Sequence record: DRR723986_4183
Strand: one strand, 5' to 3'
DNA length: 37,339 nt
Below the pieces are notes generated by a model. It was not told the origin of the DNA, searched no databases, and saw only the letters and a list, made by a program, of their open reading frames with translations. The position numbers and the translations under genes are program-made. Positions 1-9,832 of the stretch are shown here, in pieces. Each line of letters starts with the position of its first letter. Positions within the stretch are counted from its first letter, which is position 1.

Positions 1-563
1 AATACGGCTTCCGTAAGCTTAATTCGAATTTTCTGTTCTTCACCCTCAATTCGCCGTGTGACATCAATTTTGCTTTCGCTGGCACGGTAAGTAAAGCCAG
101 AGGCGAGTGCAATTGCATTCAACACAGTCATGCCGCTTACATACGGGTAACTTCCCGGGCTGTTAACCTCGCCCAAAATGTAAAAAGGCCGGTAGTTCAA
201 CACCTCAATGCTAACCCGAGGGTTGATGAGAAAGCCATCCGAAAGCTGCTCTGCAATAAGGCCCTGTGCATCAGACAGGATTTTACCGCCAATGGTAACC
301 GAGCCGATGAGCGGCAGAGAGATTGTGCCGGTGCCATCCAGTTCAAATTCACCCGACAAGTCTTCTTCGCCGTAAACGGTTACTTTGATCTGGTCACCTG
401 AGCCAAGCTGATAGCGACCGATGATCGATTCAGCGTCCGCATTATCGGTCAGGCCACTGACAGTTTGCTGCGCCGCGACAGGCGCCATGCCAGCAGGAAC
501 AACAACGGCACCCCCTACAAGGAGTGCCGCTATTACGAGATATTTTAAAGTCTGTATCAACAT
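1..563 (-). CDS. Polysaccharide biosynthesis/export protein (Wza/Poly_export + SLBB), 3' end runs off the window
   Basis: Translated by hand from ATG at 563: MLIQTLKYLVIAALLVGG...YQLGSGDQIKVTVYGEEDLSGEFELDGTGTISLPLIG...NPRVSIEVLNYRPFYILGEVNSPGSYPYVSGMTVLNAIALASGFTYRAS. These are typical Poly_export and SLBB motifs. Not in the ORF track because it is truncated. Confidence 0.9.
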   Translation of the reverse strand, partial: MLIQTLKYLVIAALLVGGAVVVPAGMAPVAAQQTVSGLTDNADAESIIGRYQLGSGDQIKVTVYGEEDLSGEFELDGTGTISLPLIGSVTIGGKILSDAQGLIAEQLSDGFLINPRVSIEVLNYRPFYILGEVNSPGSYPYVSGMTVLNAIALASGFTYRASESKIDVTRRIEGEEQKIRIKLTEAV

Positions 564-635
564 CTACTCAAATACATATCGCTTAAAGGTGTTAACAATG
601 TGGCGCTAAACCTTTTTTGCCGTATTCAGCCGCAA

Positions 636-1940
636 TTACCATTGCGCCTTCAGGCCAACCATAAAGATGTGACGTTTGAAGTCCTGACCGGCCTGCGTGG
701 TTTCACGAGCTGAAAAGCTGTATGTGGCATCGAGGCTGAAATTGCGGTTCAATAGATAGCTGGTACCAAGTGATGCATTATATAGATCATCATCCCGGTT
801 GGTATTCACAAAAGACATTCTGTTGTAAGACGCTGTACCTTTAAGCAGTACATTACGCTTCAGTTCATGCTCAACGTCTATGCTAAACGCCGTGCTCAGG
901 ATAGCTGCAGACGGTGTAACAAAACCGTTTACAACCTCGGCAACAATTGTCTCTTGCACCGACCGGTTAATTCCACCACGCACCGAAGTCAAACCTGTTG
1001 GGTTCCATAATAGAGATGCACCAAAGGTAAAGTCACCAATGTTTTCCAGTGAATTCGAATCGAAATTCTGTGCGATATAACCAACAAAAATTTCACCTTG
1101 CGATGTACCGGTAATATCAAACGCCGTACCAACAACAGCTTCCCAACCGTCAGAGTTACGCTGCGGGCCACCAACAGCCTGGCTGTCATCATAGGTGGTT
1201 GAGTTGGCAGAAAAGCGAATGAATGTTTCGTAATATTCATCAACTTCATACCCAAGTCGAACAGCACCAGTGACTTTGTCATAGTCACGAATATCGTTAT
1301 TAAATACCCCGCCGCCAACAAGGTCAGCGTTATCATAGTCAAAATCTTCATAGTTTCCGGTAACCGACAGAGAAACCAATGACAGATCGCGGGTAAACCC
1401 AACATTTGCCCGGAACACATCATATAAGGTCGGCGCCGCAGCTCGGCCAATGTTGTTGGGCGAGCCCCGATCCTCGTGCAAGTCATGGTAAGACGCGCCA
1501 ACATCAATTGATGTGCCGCGAGACACATCTACGCGGCCCCTGAAACCAAAGTTAAAGTCTTCGTAATCTTCACCCGTGTTCTCGCCATATTTTGCAATGT
1601 CGCCGTCGGCATAAACCGAGAAGAAATTCTGGTTCCAGTCCGACGTCAGCGCAAAACCTGGTTTAATTTGGAAGATAAAATCATCAAATTCACCGGCGAT
1701 TTGGTTGGTGGCACCCGCTCGTGAGGCGTAAATGTTTGAATCGTATTTAACCGACGTTGAAACTGTAGGCAAAAACAGGAAGCTGCCGGTGCGCGCACCT
1801 GGCGCAGAATAATCAGGGCGGCTGCGTTCGTATACAGATACAACCTGATCGTCAGGCGCACCATCCTGCGCGACGGCAGAAACGCTGAGTCCTGCGGTCA
1901 TGGCAAGCGCAATAACGGAAGTCGTTGTATAAAGTTTCAT
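636..1940 (-). CDS. Outer membrane beta-barrel protein of EPS loci (DUF2320/BBP2-like)
   Basis: 434 aa with signal peptide, RPDYSAPG..GSFLFLP N-terminal motif, amphipathic beta strands and C-terminal aromatic residue (GLKAQW); directly upstream of the Wza-like gene. Confidence 0.8.
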   Translation of the reverse strand: MKLYTTTSVIALAMTAGLSVSAVAQDGAPDDQVVSVYERSRPDYSAPGARTGSFLFLPTVSTSVKYDSNIYASRAGATNQIAGEFDDFIFQIKPGFALTSDWNQNFFSVYADGDIAKYGENTGEDYEDFNFGFRGRVDVSRGTSIDVGASYHDLHEDRGSPNNIGRAAAPTLYDVFRANVGFTRDLSLVSLSVTGNYEDFDYDNADLVGGGVFNNDIRDYDKVTGAVRLGYEVDEYYETFIRFSANSTTYDDSQAVGGPQRNSDGWEAVVGTAFDITGTSQGEIFVGYIAQNFDSNSLENIGDFTFGASLLWNPTGLTSVRGGINRSVQETIVAEVVNGFVTPSAAILSTAFSIDVEHELKRNVLLKGTASYNRMSFVNTNRDDDLYNASLGTSYLLNRNFSLDATYSFSARETTQAGQDFKRHIFMVGLKAQW

Positions 1941-2128
1941 CGAATTTATCCCATCAATTTCGAACTCTTCGCATTCAGCTCGTTAAAACATTGCGAAAAT
2001 TTTATAATAATTGTCAGCAAACTACTCCAACCCCATCCAAAAGTCATAAGAGAAAAACCGGAAAAAGTCTAATAAAAATATTATCTTGGTTGCTGTTGCG
2101 TCCACGCCACACTGTAATAAAGACAGGG

Positions 2129-2899
2129 TTAGGTCGTAATGAAGTCTACGCAGTCATCATAAAGCACTGCTGCGGTCAGTCGCCCGGTGGCGTAAGCTAT
2201 GGTATCCACCGCAATACGGCCAGGCAAAGCAACCGGGTTTTGCACACCAGTATGGCCGTGCACCACCCGCACCCCAAAGTCATACTTGCTGTCGGTAAAT
2301 TCCTGCCTGATGGTTGTCAGGTCGCCTGGGTGCTGGGTGTCAAGCTCAATACCGGGCTTTAAACCTGCATGAACAAACATATAGTCCCCGATTCGGTGCG
2401 ACACCGGCATGGCATTAATAAAGTCGCGGTGTGCACGCGGGAAGGTGTCGTCAAAATCAGAAGCGGTTTTCACCAAATCGAAATCACCCACCTGGTCTTC
2501 CTTGGGGCGAGTGCCATAACTGGCCAGTGTGGCTTTGCCGCCAAAATGCAGCCAGCCTTCGTTTTCAAGGGGGTCGCCCAGAAAGGCCAGCATCATGTCT
2601 TCATGGTTACCGCGCAAGCAAATCACGTCACACCAATCAGGTGCCAGCGCCTGCAAATAGTCCAGCACCTGTTTTGACTGGAAGCCCCGGTCTACATAAT
2701 CCCCAAGGAAAATGAGCGAGCAGGTTTCAAGATGGCTTTTCTCAGCCCGATCGGCGGCGATTTGCTCGACCAACTGCTCCAGCAAATCAAGCCGACCGTG
2801 AATGTCGCCCACCGCATACACCAAATGGCCCGACGGCACGCTATACTGCGGCCCGGTATTGGCGGGTGCGCGAGAAAAAAGTTTGGTTAAAAACTGCAT
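2129..2899 (-). CDS. Metallophosphoesterase (PPP/PrpA-ApaH-like phosphatase)
   Basis: GDIHG, GDYVDRG, RGNHE, FVHAG and VHGHT motifs. Confidence 0.9.
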   Translation of the reverse strand: MQFLTKLFSRAPANTGPQYSVPSGHLVYAVGDIHGRLDLLEQLVEQIAADRAEKSHLETCSLIFLGDYVDRGFQSKQVLDYLQALAPDWCDVICLRGNHEDMMLAFLGDPLENEGWLHFGGKATLASYGTRPKEDQVGDFDLVKTASDFDDTFPRAHRDFINAMPVSHRIGDYMFVHAGLKPGIELDTQHPGDLTTIRQEFTDSKYDFGVRVVHGHTGVQNPVALPGRIAVDTIAYATGRLTAAVLYDDCVDFITT

Positions 2900-2974
2900 G
2901 AGCCCATCAAGCGCAAATACGGCAAAAAGTCAAAACTATTAGCGGGTAAAAAGCCTGCGGACTATAAAAACCAT

Positions 2975-3008
2975 AAAAAAAGAGCGAAAGCCTGTGCCTT
3001 CGCTCTTT
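2975..3008 (-). terminator. Rho-independent terminator after the Ala-rich gene
   Basis: Minus strand AAAGAGCGAAGG-CACAGG-CTTTCGCTCTTT followed by a T run. Confidence 0.8.
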
Positions 3009-3048
3009 ATATTTGACCGGCTCTACCGGTCAGAAACTTTGCCTGCCA

Positions 3049-3768
3049 TCATGGGCTTGCTTCCGCACCCTGACCAGTCACTGCAATAGTTTCCGGCGTA
3101 ACGCCACTTGCGCCGGGAGGTGGCGGCGGCGCGGCTACAACGATAACAACGACAGGAGCGGCGCCATTAGCAGCAGCTGGCGCATTATTAGTAGCAACCA
3201 CCGAATCGGTAACATTCTGTGATGCATCATTGGCAGTTAGATTCACAGCAGAATTACTTGCAGCAGCGACATCAGCTGATGTAACTGTTACACCACTCAT
3301 GCCAGTGTCCCTCGCAGCAACTTTAGTGGTGGCAGGCGCAGCATTAACCGCCGCTGCAACCGCTGTCGAGGCCGCTGTATCACCGGCAACAGCAGGAGAA
3401 TTAGCAACATTACTAGCTGCGGCACCAACAGTTACCTGCACGTCCGGTGATGCATTTGCCGCGGCAGTGGTCGCCGCTGTAATAACAGTTGCCGCTCCTG
3501 CACCATCACCGTTACTGGCGATAATCGCCGCAGCGCTGGCAAGCGCCAATGCAGCAGCATCAGGGGTCGCACCTGCAACCAAAGCATCAATGTCAGCCTG
3601 GGTAATATCACCATCTGCAGCCGCAGCGACAATTAGAGACGCCAAATTAGCCGCCGCCTGCTGATCAGCGGTCTGAATAGCAGATGCCTGATTCATTATT
3701 GAAGTTGGCGCCAAAACAGGTGCCCCAAGCATCATACCAAAAGCGGCTACCATCATTGCGTAACGCAT
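3049..3768 (-). CDS. Secreted Ala-rich low-complexity hypothetical protein
   Basis: 239 aa ORF with GGAG SD upstream, signal peptide, Ala/Thr/Ser-rich body, VVVIVVAAPPPPPG segment, ending AEASP; followed by a terminator. Confidence 0.75.
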   Translation of the reverse strand: MRYAMMVAAFGMMLGAPVLAPTSIMNQASAIQTADQQAAANLASLIVAAAADGDITQADIDALVAGATPDAAALALASAAAIIASNGDGAGAATVITAATTAAANASPDVQVTVGAAASNVANSPAVAGDTAASTAVAAAVNAAPATTKVAARDTGMSGVTVTSADVAAASNSAVNLTANDASQNVTDSVVATNNAPAAANGAAPVVVIVVAAPPPPPGASGVTPETIAVTGQGAEASP

Positions 3769-4120
3769 AATAAAACTCCGTCTTTCAAAAGCGTGATTGC
3801 TTAACCTACATCAAACAAACACATTAATTTGTCTAAGATATCTCACAATCACCCAGCTATGTCAAAAGGTTAGAGTCAACTTTTCAGTTATTGTTGCATT
3901 TTTACACAAAGCAGGCCCGAAATGCGGGAAAATATGCCAAAACATACCCTTAGCAGGCCCAATTGTATCAGGTTGTATCAGCATTTTGGACCGCCCACCC
4001 CTAATTTTCATACGAATCGTGCTTTACTACGCCGTAAACTTTTTCGGCGCGAATCGCCTTGCCCAAACACCCCGGTGACAATATAGAGTATGGACAACTT
4101 TTAAGTAAGGAAACAGCCGC

Positions 4121-5173
4121 ATGAAAATATTGGTGACAGGCGCAGCAGGCTTCATTGGCAGCCATGTGTGCCATTTTTTGCTGGCGCGCGGCGATGATGT
4201 GGTGGGGCTGGATAACCTTAATGATTATTACGCCGTGAGCCTGAAGAAAGACCGGCTGGCGCAAATTCAGCAATTTGCTGACAGCACGCTGGACACGCCG
4301 TGGTTTCCCAGCACCGGCAAAGTTGGTTCCTTCACGTTTATCAAGCAAGATATCAGCAACCTCGATGCCATGGCGGCCCTGTTTGCCGCCGAGGGCTTTG
4401 ACGGCGTTGTGCATTTGGCAGCCCAAGCAGGGGTGCGCCACAGCCTGGATGCGCCGTTTGACTATATTGACAGCAATGTCACCGGCTTCCTCACCATCCT
4501 CGAGGGCTGTCGCCACAACGGCATCCAGCATTTGGTTTATGCCTCTACCAGCTCGGCATATGGTGCCAACACCAACATGCCGTTTAGCGTGCACAACCCC
4601 GCTGACCACCCTGTGGCGCTGTACGGTGCCACCAAGCGCGCCAACGAGCTGATGGCGCACAGCTACAGCCACCTGTTTAACATACCTACCACTGGCTTGC
4701 GGTTTTTCACCGTATACGGCCCGTGGGGGCGGCCCGACATGGCGCTGTTTTTATTCACCCGTGCCATTCTCGCGGGCGAACCAATTAATGTGTTCAACAA
4801 CGGCCATCATATTCGTGATTTCACCTTTGTGCATGACATTGTGCGCGGTGTTGTGGCGGTGCTGGATAACCCCGCCACATTCGACCCAAACTGGGACAGT
4901 GCAAACCCGGCCAGTGCGTCATCCAAGGCACCGTGGCGCGTGCATAATATTGGCAACGGCCAACCGGTTGAGCTGCTGCGCTATATAGAGGTGCTGGAAA
5001 ATTGCCTGGGCAAAAAAGCCCTTATGACTATGAAGCCCATGCAGCCCGGCGATGTGCCCGACACCTCCGCCAGCGTGGAAACATTGTTTGAAGCCACAGG
5101 CTATAAACCGGAAACATTGGTGGAAGAAGGCATTGAACGCTTTGTTACATGGTATCAAGGCTATTACAGCTAA
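4121..5173 (+). CDS. NAD-dependent epimerase, likely UDP-glucuronate 4-epimerase (WcaG/LspL-like)
   Basis: GAAGFIG, HLAAQAGVR, YGATK (YxxxK), GLRFFTVYGPWGRPDMA motifs; AAGGA SD. Confidence 0.92.
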   Translation: MKILVTGAAGFIGSHVCHFLLARGDDVVGLDNLNDYYAVSLKKDRLAQIQQFADSTLDTPWFPSTGKVGSFTFIKQDISNLDAMAALFAAEGFDGVVHLAAQAGVRHSLDAPFDYIDSNVTGFLTILEGCRHNGIQHLVYASTSSAYGANTNMPFSVHNPADHPVALYGATKRANELMAHSYSHLFNIPTTGLRFFTVYGPWGRPDMALFLFTRAILAGEPINVFNNGHHIRDFTFVHDIVRGVVAVLDNPATFDPNWDSANPASASSKAPWRVHNIGNGQPVELLRYIEVLENCLGKKALMTMKPMQPGDVPDTSASVETLFEATGYKPETLVEEGIERFVTWYQGYYS

Positions 5174-5325
5174 GAGGTGTATGGTTTATTTGCTATTAAC
5201 ATGTTTCCATCTAAATACTGATGCATGCGCAAACCATGCTACTGCCAACCACGTAGTATAAATGGACCGCATAGACCTATGCGTTTAAAAGCCTGTGAAT
5301 AAAAACTGTTGAGAAAGTAGCGACA

Positions 5326-6486
5326 ATGAACCGAATGCTGAAGGCGCTTCATGTTTCAAAAAAATCTGAAACCGCAACAGGGTTTATCCAGATTTTATTT
5401 GTGCTTGTTGTGGTGGGCGGCACCATTGGCATTACCTTCTTTCTAGAGCTAACTGCCAGCAGTGGCCCCAAACTTTCTGCCGCGCCAGAGCAGCTTGTTG
5501 TGGACGTGTTAAAGCCAGCCGCTACAAACTACACAGCTACGCGGCTGCTGACCGGGCAGGTGGAAAGCCGCGCCAATGTAGCCATCAGCCCTGAAGTGAC
5601 CGGGCGGGTGACCAGCCTGCACCCCAACCTTATACCCGGCGGCACCATTGAAGCCGGTGAGGTGCTATTCACCCTTGAGGCAACCGATTATGAAATTGCG
5701 CTGCAACGCTCTCGCTCGGAAGTGGCGGGGGCAACCGCAGATTTGGCGCAAGCCAAAGCTGACGCTGACAACTTTATTAGAGACTGGCAGCGCGTCTACC
5801 CCGACAGGCCTGCCCCTGCACTGGTGGCCAAGGAGCCACAGATCAAGGCAATTGAAGCACGTTTGGCTGCCGCCAAAGCCGGCGTGCAACAAGCCGAAAC
5901 CAACCTTGCCCGCACCCGTGTGACCGCCGATAGCACAATTCGGGTGATTGACAGCCGCATTGAAGTGGGGCAACTGGCGACCCCCGCCGGGCAATATGGC
6001 AGCTATTTTGTGGCTGACGGCCTGCGCATTCGTGCCAGCACCCAAGCCGCAATTGTGCGCGACTTGGCCCTGAGCGTGGGCAAACCCGTTGACATTATCA
6101 CCAGAAATAACACTCAGCATAAATCGACCATTGTTAGTGTGGGGGCGGCGCTGGACGAACGCACGCAACTGCAACCGCTGATTATTGCAGCACCAAAGGC
6201 GCTTACATTAACCCCTGGCACCTTTGTCAGCGTGCGGGTTACTGGCAGCGAAAACACAGGTGTTTTTATGCTACCTGCTTCGGCAATGGCAACGCGCACC
6301 AGCGTATGGCGCGTGAACAATGACAAGCTGGAAGAGATAAACGTCAGCATTATTGATGTGACGGAAGAAACTGTCATTGTGCGCAGTTTTGATGAAGCCG
6401 ACGGCATTGTTGTTTCGCAGGTGCCGACAAGTTTTGTCGCCCGACCGGTTAAAATTCGCGATGTTATACAAGAGCCTACTCAATGA
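5326..6486 (+). CDS. RND efflux periplasmic adaptor (membrane fusion protein)
   Basis: N-terminal TM helix, lipoyl half-motif (ISPEVTGRV...GEVLFTL), coiled-coil hairpin, LTPGTFV motif; ATGA overlap with the permease. Confidence 0.88.
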   Translation: MNRMLKALHVSKKSETATGFIQILFVLVVVGGTIGITFFLELTASSGPKLSAAPEQLVVDVLKPAATNYTATRLLTGQVESRANVAISPEVTGRVTSLHPNLIPGGTIEAGEVLFTLEATDYEIALQRSRSEVAGATADLAQAKADADNFIRDWQRVYPDRPAPALVAKEPQIKAIEARLAAAKAGVQQAETNLARTRVTADSTIRVIDSRIEVGQLATPAGQYGSYFVADGLRIRASTQAAIVRDLALSVGKPVDIITRNNTQHKSTIVSVGAALDERTQLQPLIIAAPKALTLTPGTFVSVRVTGSENTGVFMLPASAMATRTSVWRVNNDKLEEINVSIIDVTEETVIVRSFDEADGIVVSQVPTSFVARPVKIRDVIQEPTQ

Positions 6487-9400
6487 GTGACACCCCCACA
6501 CCCGGCGTAGACAGTAACCCAGAGGTGCCTAAAAACACCACCGGTGTGATGGCGCTTGTGGCACAGTTTCTTGACAACTCGGTCATGACCAATTTGCTGA
6601 TGGTGCTGTTTATCTTTGGCGGCTTAATGACAGCTGTCACCATGCGCTCAGAGGTGTTTCCGGTTATTAACACCGGCACAATCAGCGTGGTTGTGACCTA
6701 CCCCGGCGCGACACCACTGGAAGTGGAAGACAGTGTTAGTCGGCGCATTGAAGAAAGCGTGCTGGGTATTAACGGCGTGGAACGGGTGCGGTCTACCGCC
6801 TTTGAAAACCGCGCGCGTGTTACCCTGGAGTTGGAAGACTTTGTCGACCCCTACCGGGTGAAAGACGAGGTGCAAGCAGCGGTGGATTCGTTAATAGACT
6901 TCCCGCCCGGCAACGCAGAGCAGCCCCTTGTAAAGGTGACGCAGCCCCTGTCCAATGTGGTAACGTTAGTGCTGACCGGTCAAGTGGGCGAAGACGAACT
7001 AAGGCAAGTGAGCGAAACACTGGAGCGGGACCTTCTGGCCATAGACAGCGTAACCGCCGTGACCATGCGCGGGGCGCGTACCCGAGAAATATCTATTGAG
7101 GTAAGCGAAGAAACCCTGCGCCAGTATAATCTGACCTTCAACGAAGTATCTGACGCCGTGCGGCGATCATCGCTTGAGCTTTCTGCTGGCACGCTCAAGT
7201 CATCGGGCGGGCATATATTATTGCGCACCGACGCCCGCGCTCGCATTGGCACTGAGTTCCGCGACATCGTTATCCGCGCTAACCAAAACGGCCAAACTGT
7301 TTACCTCAAAGATGTTGCCAGCATTATTGATGGTTTCGTGGATGAAGAATTGCGCAATGAATATAACGGCGAGCAGGCCATTTTGCTGGATGTTCTCAGA
7401 AACGAAAGCGCCGACATTCTAGCTGTTAAACAGAAGGTTATGGAGTTTTTGGAAACCACAACAGTGCCTGAAGGCATTCGTATTTCCCTGTTTCGCGACC
7501 AAACCAAAATTCTGGAACAGCGCATAAGCCTGCTCACTGGAAATGCTCTGCTTGGTTTTGCATTGGTGTTTCTAATGCTAGTGCTCACATTAGACCTAAA
7601 GCTGGCCTTTTGGGTGGCCATGGGTATTCCGATCAGTTTCCTGGGCGGCTTTTTGTTCTTTGGCTCGGCAGGTGTGTCGCTAAATATGATCACCTTGTTC
7701 GCGCTGATTGTGGTGATTGGCATCGTGGTAGACGACGCCATTGTGGTGGGCGAAAATATCTATTCAGAGCAGCAAGCCGGATATAAAGGCAAGCGCGCCG
7801 CGTTTGAAGGTGTGAAAAATATTTATGCCCCGGTTTTGGTGGGTGTTTTAACTACCATGGTCGCCTTTGCGCCCCTGTTATTTCAAACCGGCACTTTCGC
7901 AAAAATTACCAGACCTATACCTGTTGCCGTGATTGCCATTTTGGCGGTGTCGCTGATTGAAGCGTTCCTGATTTTGCCCCAGCACCTTTCCAATGAAAAG
8001 CGTTGGTCAAAAGGTATGCTGCGCAAAATACAGCTCAAAATCTCTCGGGGGTTTGACAATTTTGCCGCCAATGTGGTGCAAAAACTAACCATTTTGTCGG
8101 GCAAATACCGCTATGTAACGCTAGCAATCTCAATCGGCATCATCATGATTTCTTCGTCATTGGTGAGCAATAACCACGTGCGTGTAGTGTTTTTCCCGGT
8201 GATTGAAGGCTCAGAAATTACTGCCCGACTTGCCTTGCCTGAAGGCGCGCCCTTTGAGGCCACAGAGCAGGCCATTTCCCAAATGGAGGCGGCGCTGTTG
8301 AAAGTGGAAGCAGACATTTTTGCTGAATCAGGTGAGGATGTGATCACTGCCGTTGCTTTAACAGTGGGCGGGTCTTTCACGACAACGCAGGGGCCGGGCG
8401 ATTCGTCCAGCAGCTCTACAGCAACCCATCTGGGCCAAATGAGTTTGGAGCTTAGTGATGCTGACATACGAACCTATTCCGCCGCTGAAATTCAACGGCG
8501 CTGGCAAGAAGCAACCGGCAATATTCCCGGCGCGGAAACGCTGAGCTACACATCCACCCTTGGCCCGCAGCAGGCAGACATCGGTTTTGAACTGACCCAC
8601 TCGGAAGAAAAGCAGCTGTTTGCCGCCACAGCACAGTTAGCCGACCAATTAAGCGCGATTGACGGGGTGAGCCAGATTGATTCGGGCCTGGACCTCGGTA
8701 AGCGCCAATATGAATTTGTCATGCGGGATGCCGGCATTGCAGCGGGCTTGCAGCCGGGCGATTTAGCGCGGCAATTACGCCAAGCCTACTTCGGCGAAGA
8801 AGTGCAACGCATACAACGGGGCCGACAAGAAATTAAGGTGTTTGTGCGCTATCCGCTGGACACCCGGCGCGCCCTTTCAGCGCTAGAGGAATTGCGCATA
8901 CGGTTACCAGATGGCAGCGGGGTTCCCCTGTCTGTTGTCGCCACCATTGAAGAAGGCCGCAGCCCCACCTCTATAGAACGGGTAAACGGCAGGCGCGTGC
9001 TGACCGTAACCGCCGATGTGGATGAAAGCAAAACCACCCCCAACACGGTAAGCGCTATTGTTGAAGGCCGTATTATGCCCGAACTTTTAGCCAGCTTCCC
9101 CGGCCTGCGCTGGCAGCCAGAAGGGCAATCGCGAGAGCAGTCTGAAGACTTTGCATCGCTCGCCAATGGGTTTTTGCTCGCGATCATTGTTATTTATGCG
9201 TTGGTGGCCACACAGTTGAAAAGTTACATCCAACCTGTGGTGATTTTATTTTCGATACCACTCGGCATATCTGGTGCCATATTTGGGCATATGCTGCTTG
9301 GATTTGACCTGTCGTTCGTTTCGCTGTTCGGCGTGGTGGCGCTGTCTGGCGTGGTGGTCAACTCATCGGTGGTATTGGTTGACCGCTTTAATATTGAATA

Positions 9401-9722
9401 TAACGCGCCGGGTGTTTCAGCGATGGATGCAGTTGTAAAAGCAACCATTCGGCGGTTCCGCCCCATCACCCTTACCACCATTACAACAGCGCTGGGCTTG
9501 TTGCCGATTATGTCTGAAACCAGCCCCCAAGCACAATTTCTGGTGCCGATGGCCGTGAGTTTGGCAACCGGCTTGGTCTTCTCTAGCTTTATGATGATGT
9601 TTGTGCTGCCAGCCCTTGTGCTGGTGATGGAAGATGTCCGCAACCTAATTCCGGGCCACGAACATAAAGTGGCCGACGATGATGATGAGGAACAACCCCC
9701 ACTGCAACAACCCGCAGAGTAA
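6483..9722 (+). CDS. RND efflux permease (AcrB/AcrD/AcrF family)
   Basis: 1079 aa; YPGATPLEVE, GIVVDDAIVVGENI and RFRPITLTTITTALGLLP motifs. Confidence 0.95.
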   Translation: MSDTPTPGVDSNPEVPKNTTGVMALVAQFLDNSVMTNLLMVLFIFGGLMTAVTMRSEVFPVINTGTISVVVTYPGATPLEVEDSVSRRIEESVLGINGVERVRSTAFENRARVTLELEDFVDPYRVKDEVQAAVDSLIDFPPGNAEQPLVKVTQPLSNVVTLVLTGQVGEDELRQVSETLERDLLAIDSVTAVTMRGARTREISIEVSEETLRQYNLTFNEVSDAVRRSSLELSAGTLKSSGGHILLRTDARARIGTEFRDIVIRANQNGQTVYLKDVASIIDGFVDEELRNEYNGEQAILLDVLRNESADILAVKQKVMEFLETTTVPEGIRISLFRDQTKILEQRISLLTGNALLGFALVFLMLVLTLDLKLAFWVAMGIPISFLGGFLFFGSAGVSLNMITLFALIVVIGIVVDDAIVVGENIYSEQQAGYKGKRAAFEGVKNIYAPVLVGVLTTMVAFAPLLFQTGTFAKITRPIPVAVIAILAVSLIEAFLILPQHLSNEKRWSKGMLRKIQLKISRGFDNFAANVVQKLTILSGKYRYVTLAISIGIIMISSSLVSNNHVRVVFFPVIEGSEITARLALPEGAPFEATEQAISQMEAALLKVEADIFAESGEDVITAVALTVGGSFTTTQGPGDSSSSSTATHLGQMSLELSDADIRTYSAAEIQRRWQEATGNIPGAETLSYTSTLGPQQADIGFELTHSEEKQLFAATAQLADQLSAIDGVSQIDSGLDLGKRQYEFVMRDAGIAAGLQPGDLARQLRQAYFGEEVQRIQRGRQEIKVFVRYPLDTRRALSALEELRIRLPDGSGVPLSVVATIEEGRSPTSIERVNGRRVLTVTADVDESKTTPNTVSAIVEGRIMPELLASFPGLRWQPEGQSREQSEDFASLANGFLLAIIVIYALVATQLKSYIQPVVILFSIPLGISGAIFGHMLLGFDLSFVSLFGVVALSGVVVNSSVVLVDRFNIEYNAPGVSAMDAVVKATIRRFRPITLTTITTALGLLPIMSETSPQAQFLVPMAVSLATGLVFSSFMMMFVLPALVLVMEDVRNLIPGHEHKVADDDDEEQPPLQQPAE

Positions 9723-9832
9723 TAAGCAGAATAACAAAATAAATAGCGGGCTACATACGTAACCGAATCGCTATAGAGAATCGCGCTCAAACTGATTCTA
9801 TTGGCAAAGTGAGCTAAGAGTTCTGTCGCCTT

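Noticed and set aside
3230-3664. 144-aa plus-strand Ala-rich ORF
   Set aside because: Antisense shadow of the GCN-rich gene at 3049-3768, which has the SD, signal peptide and terminator.
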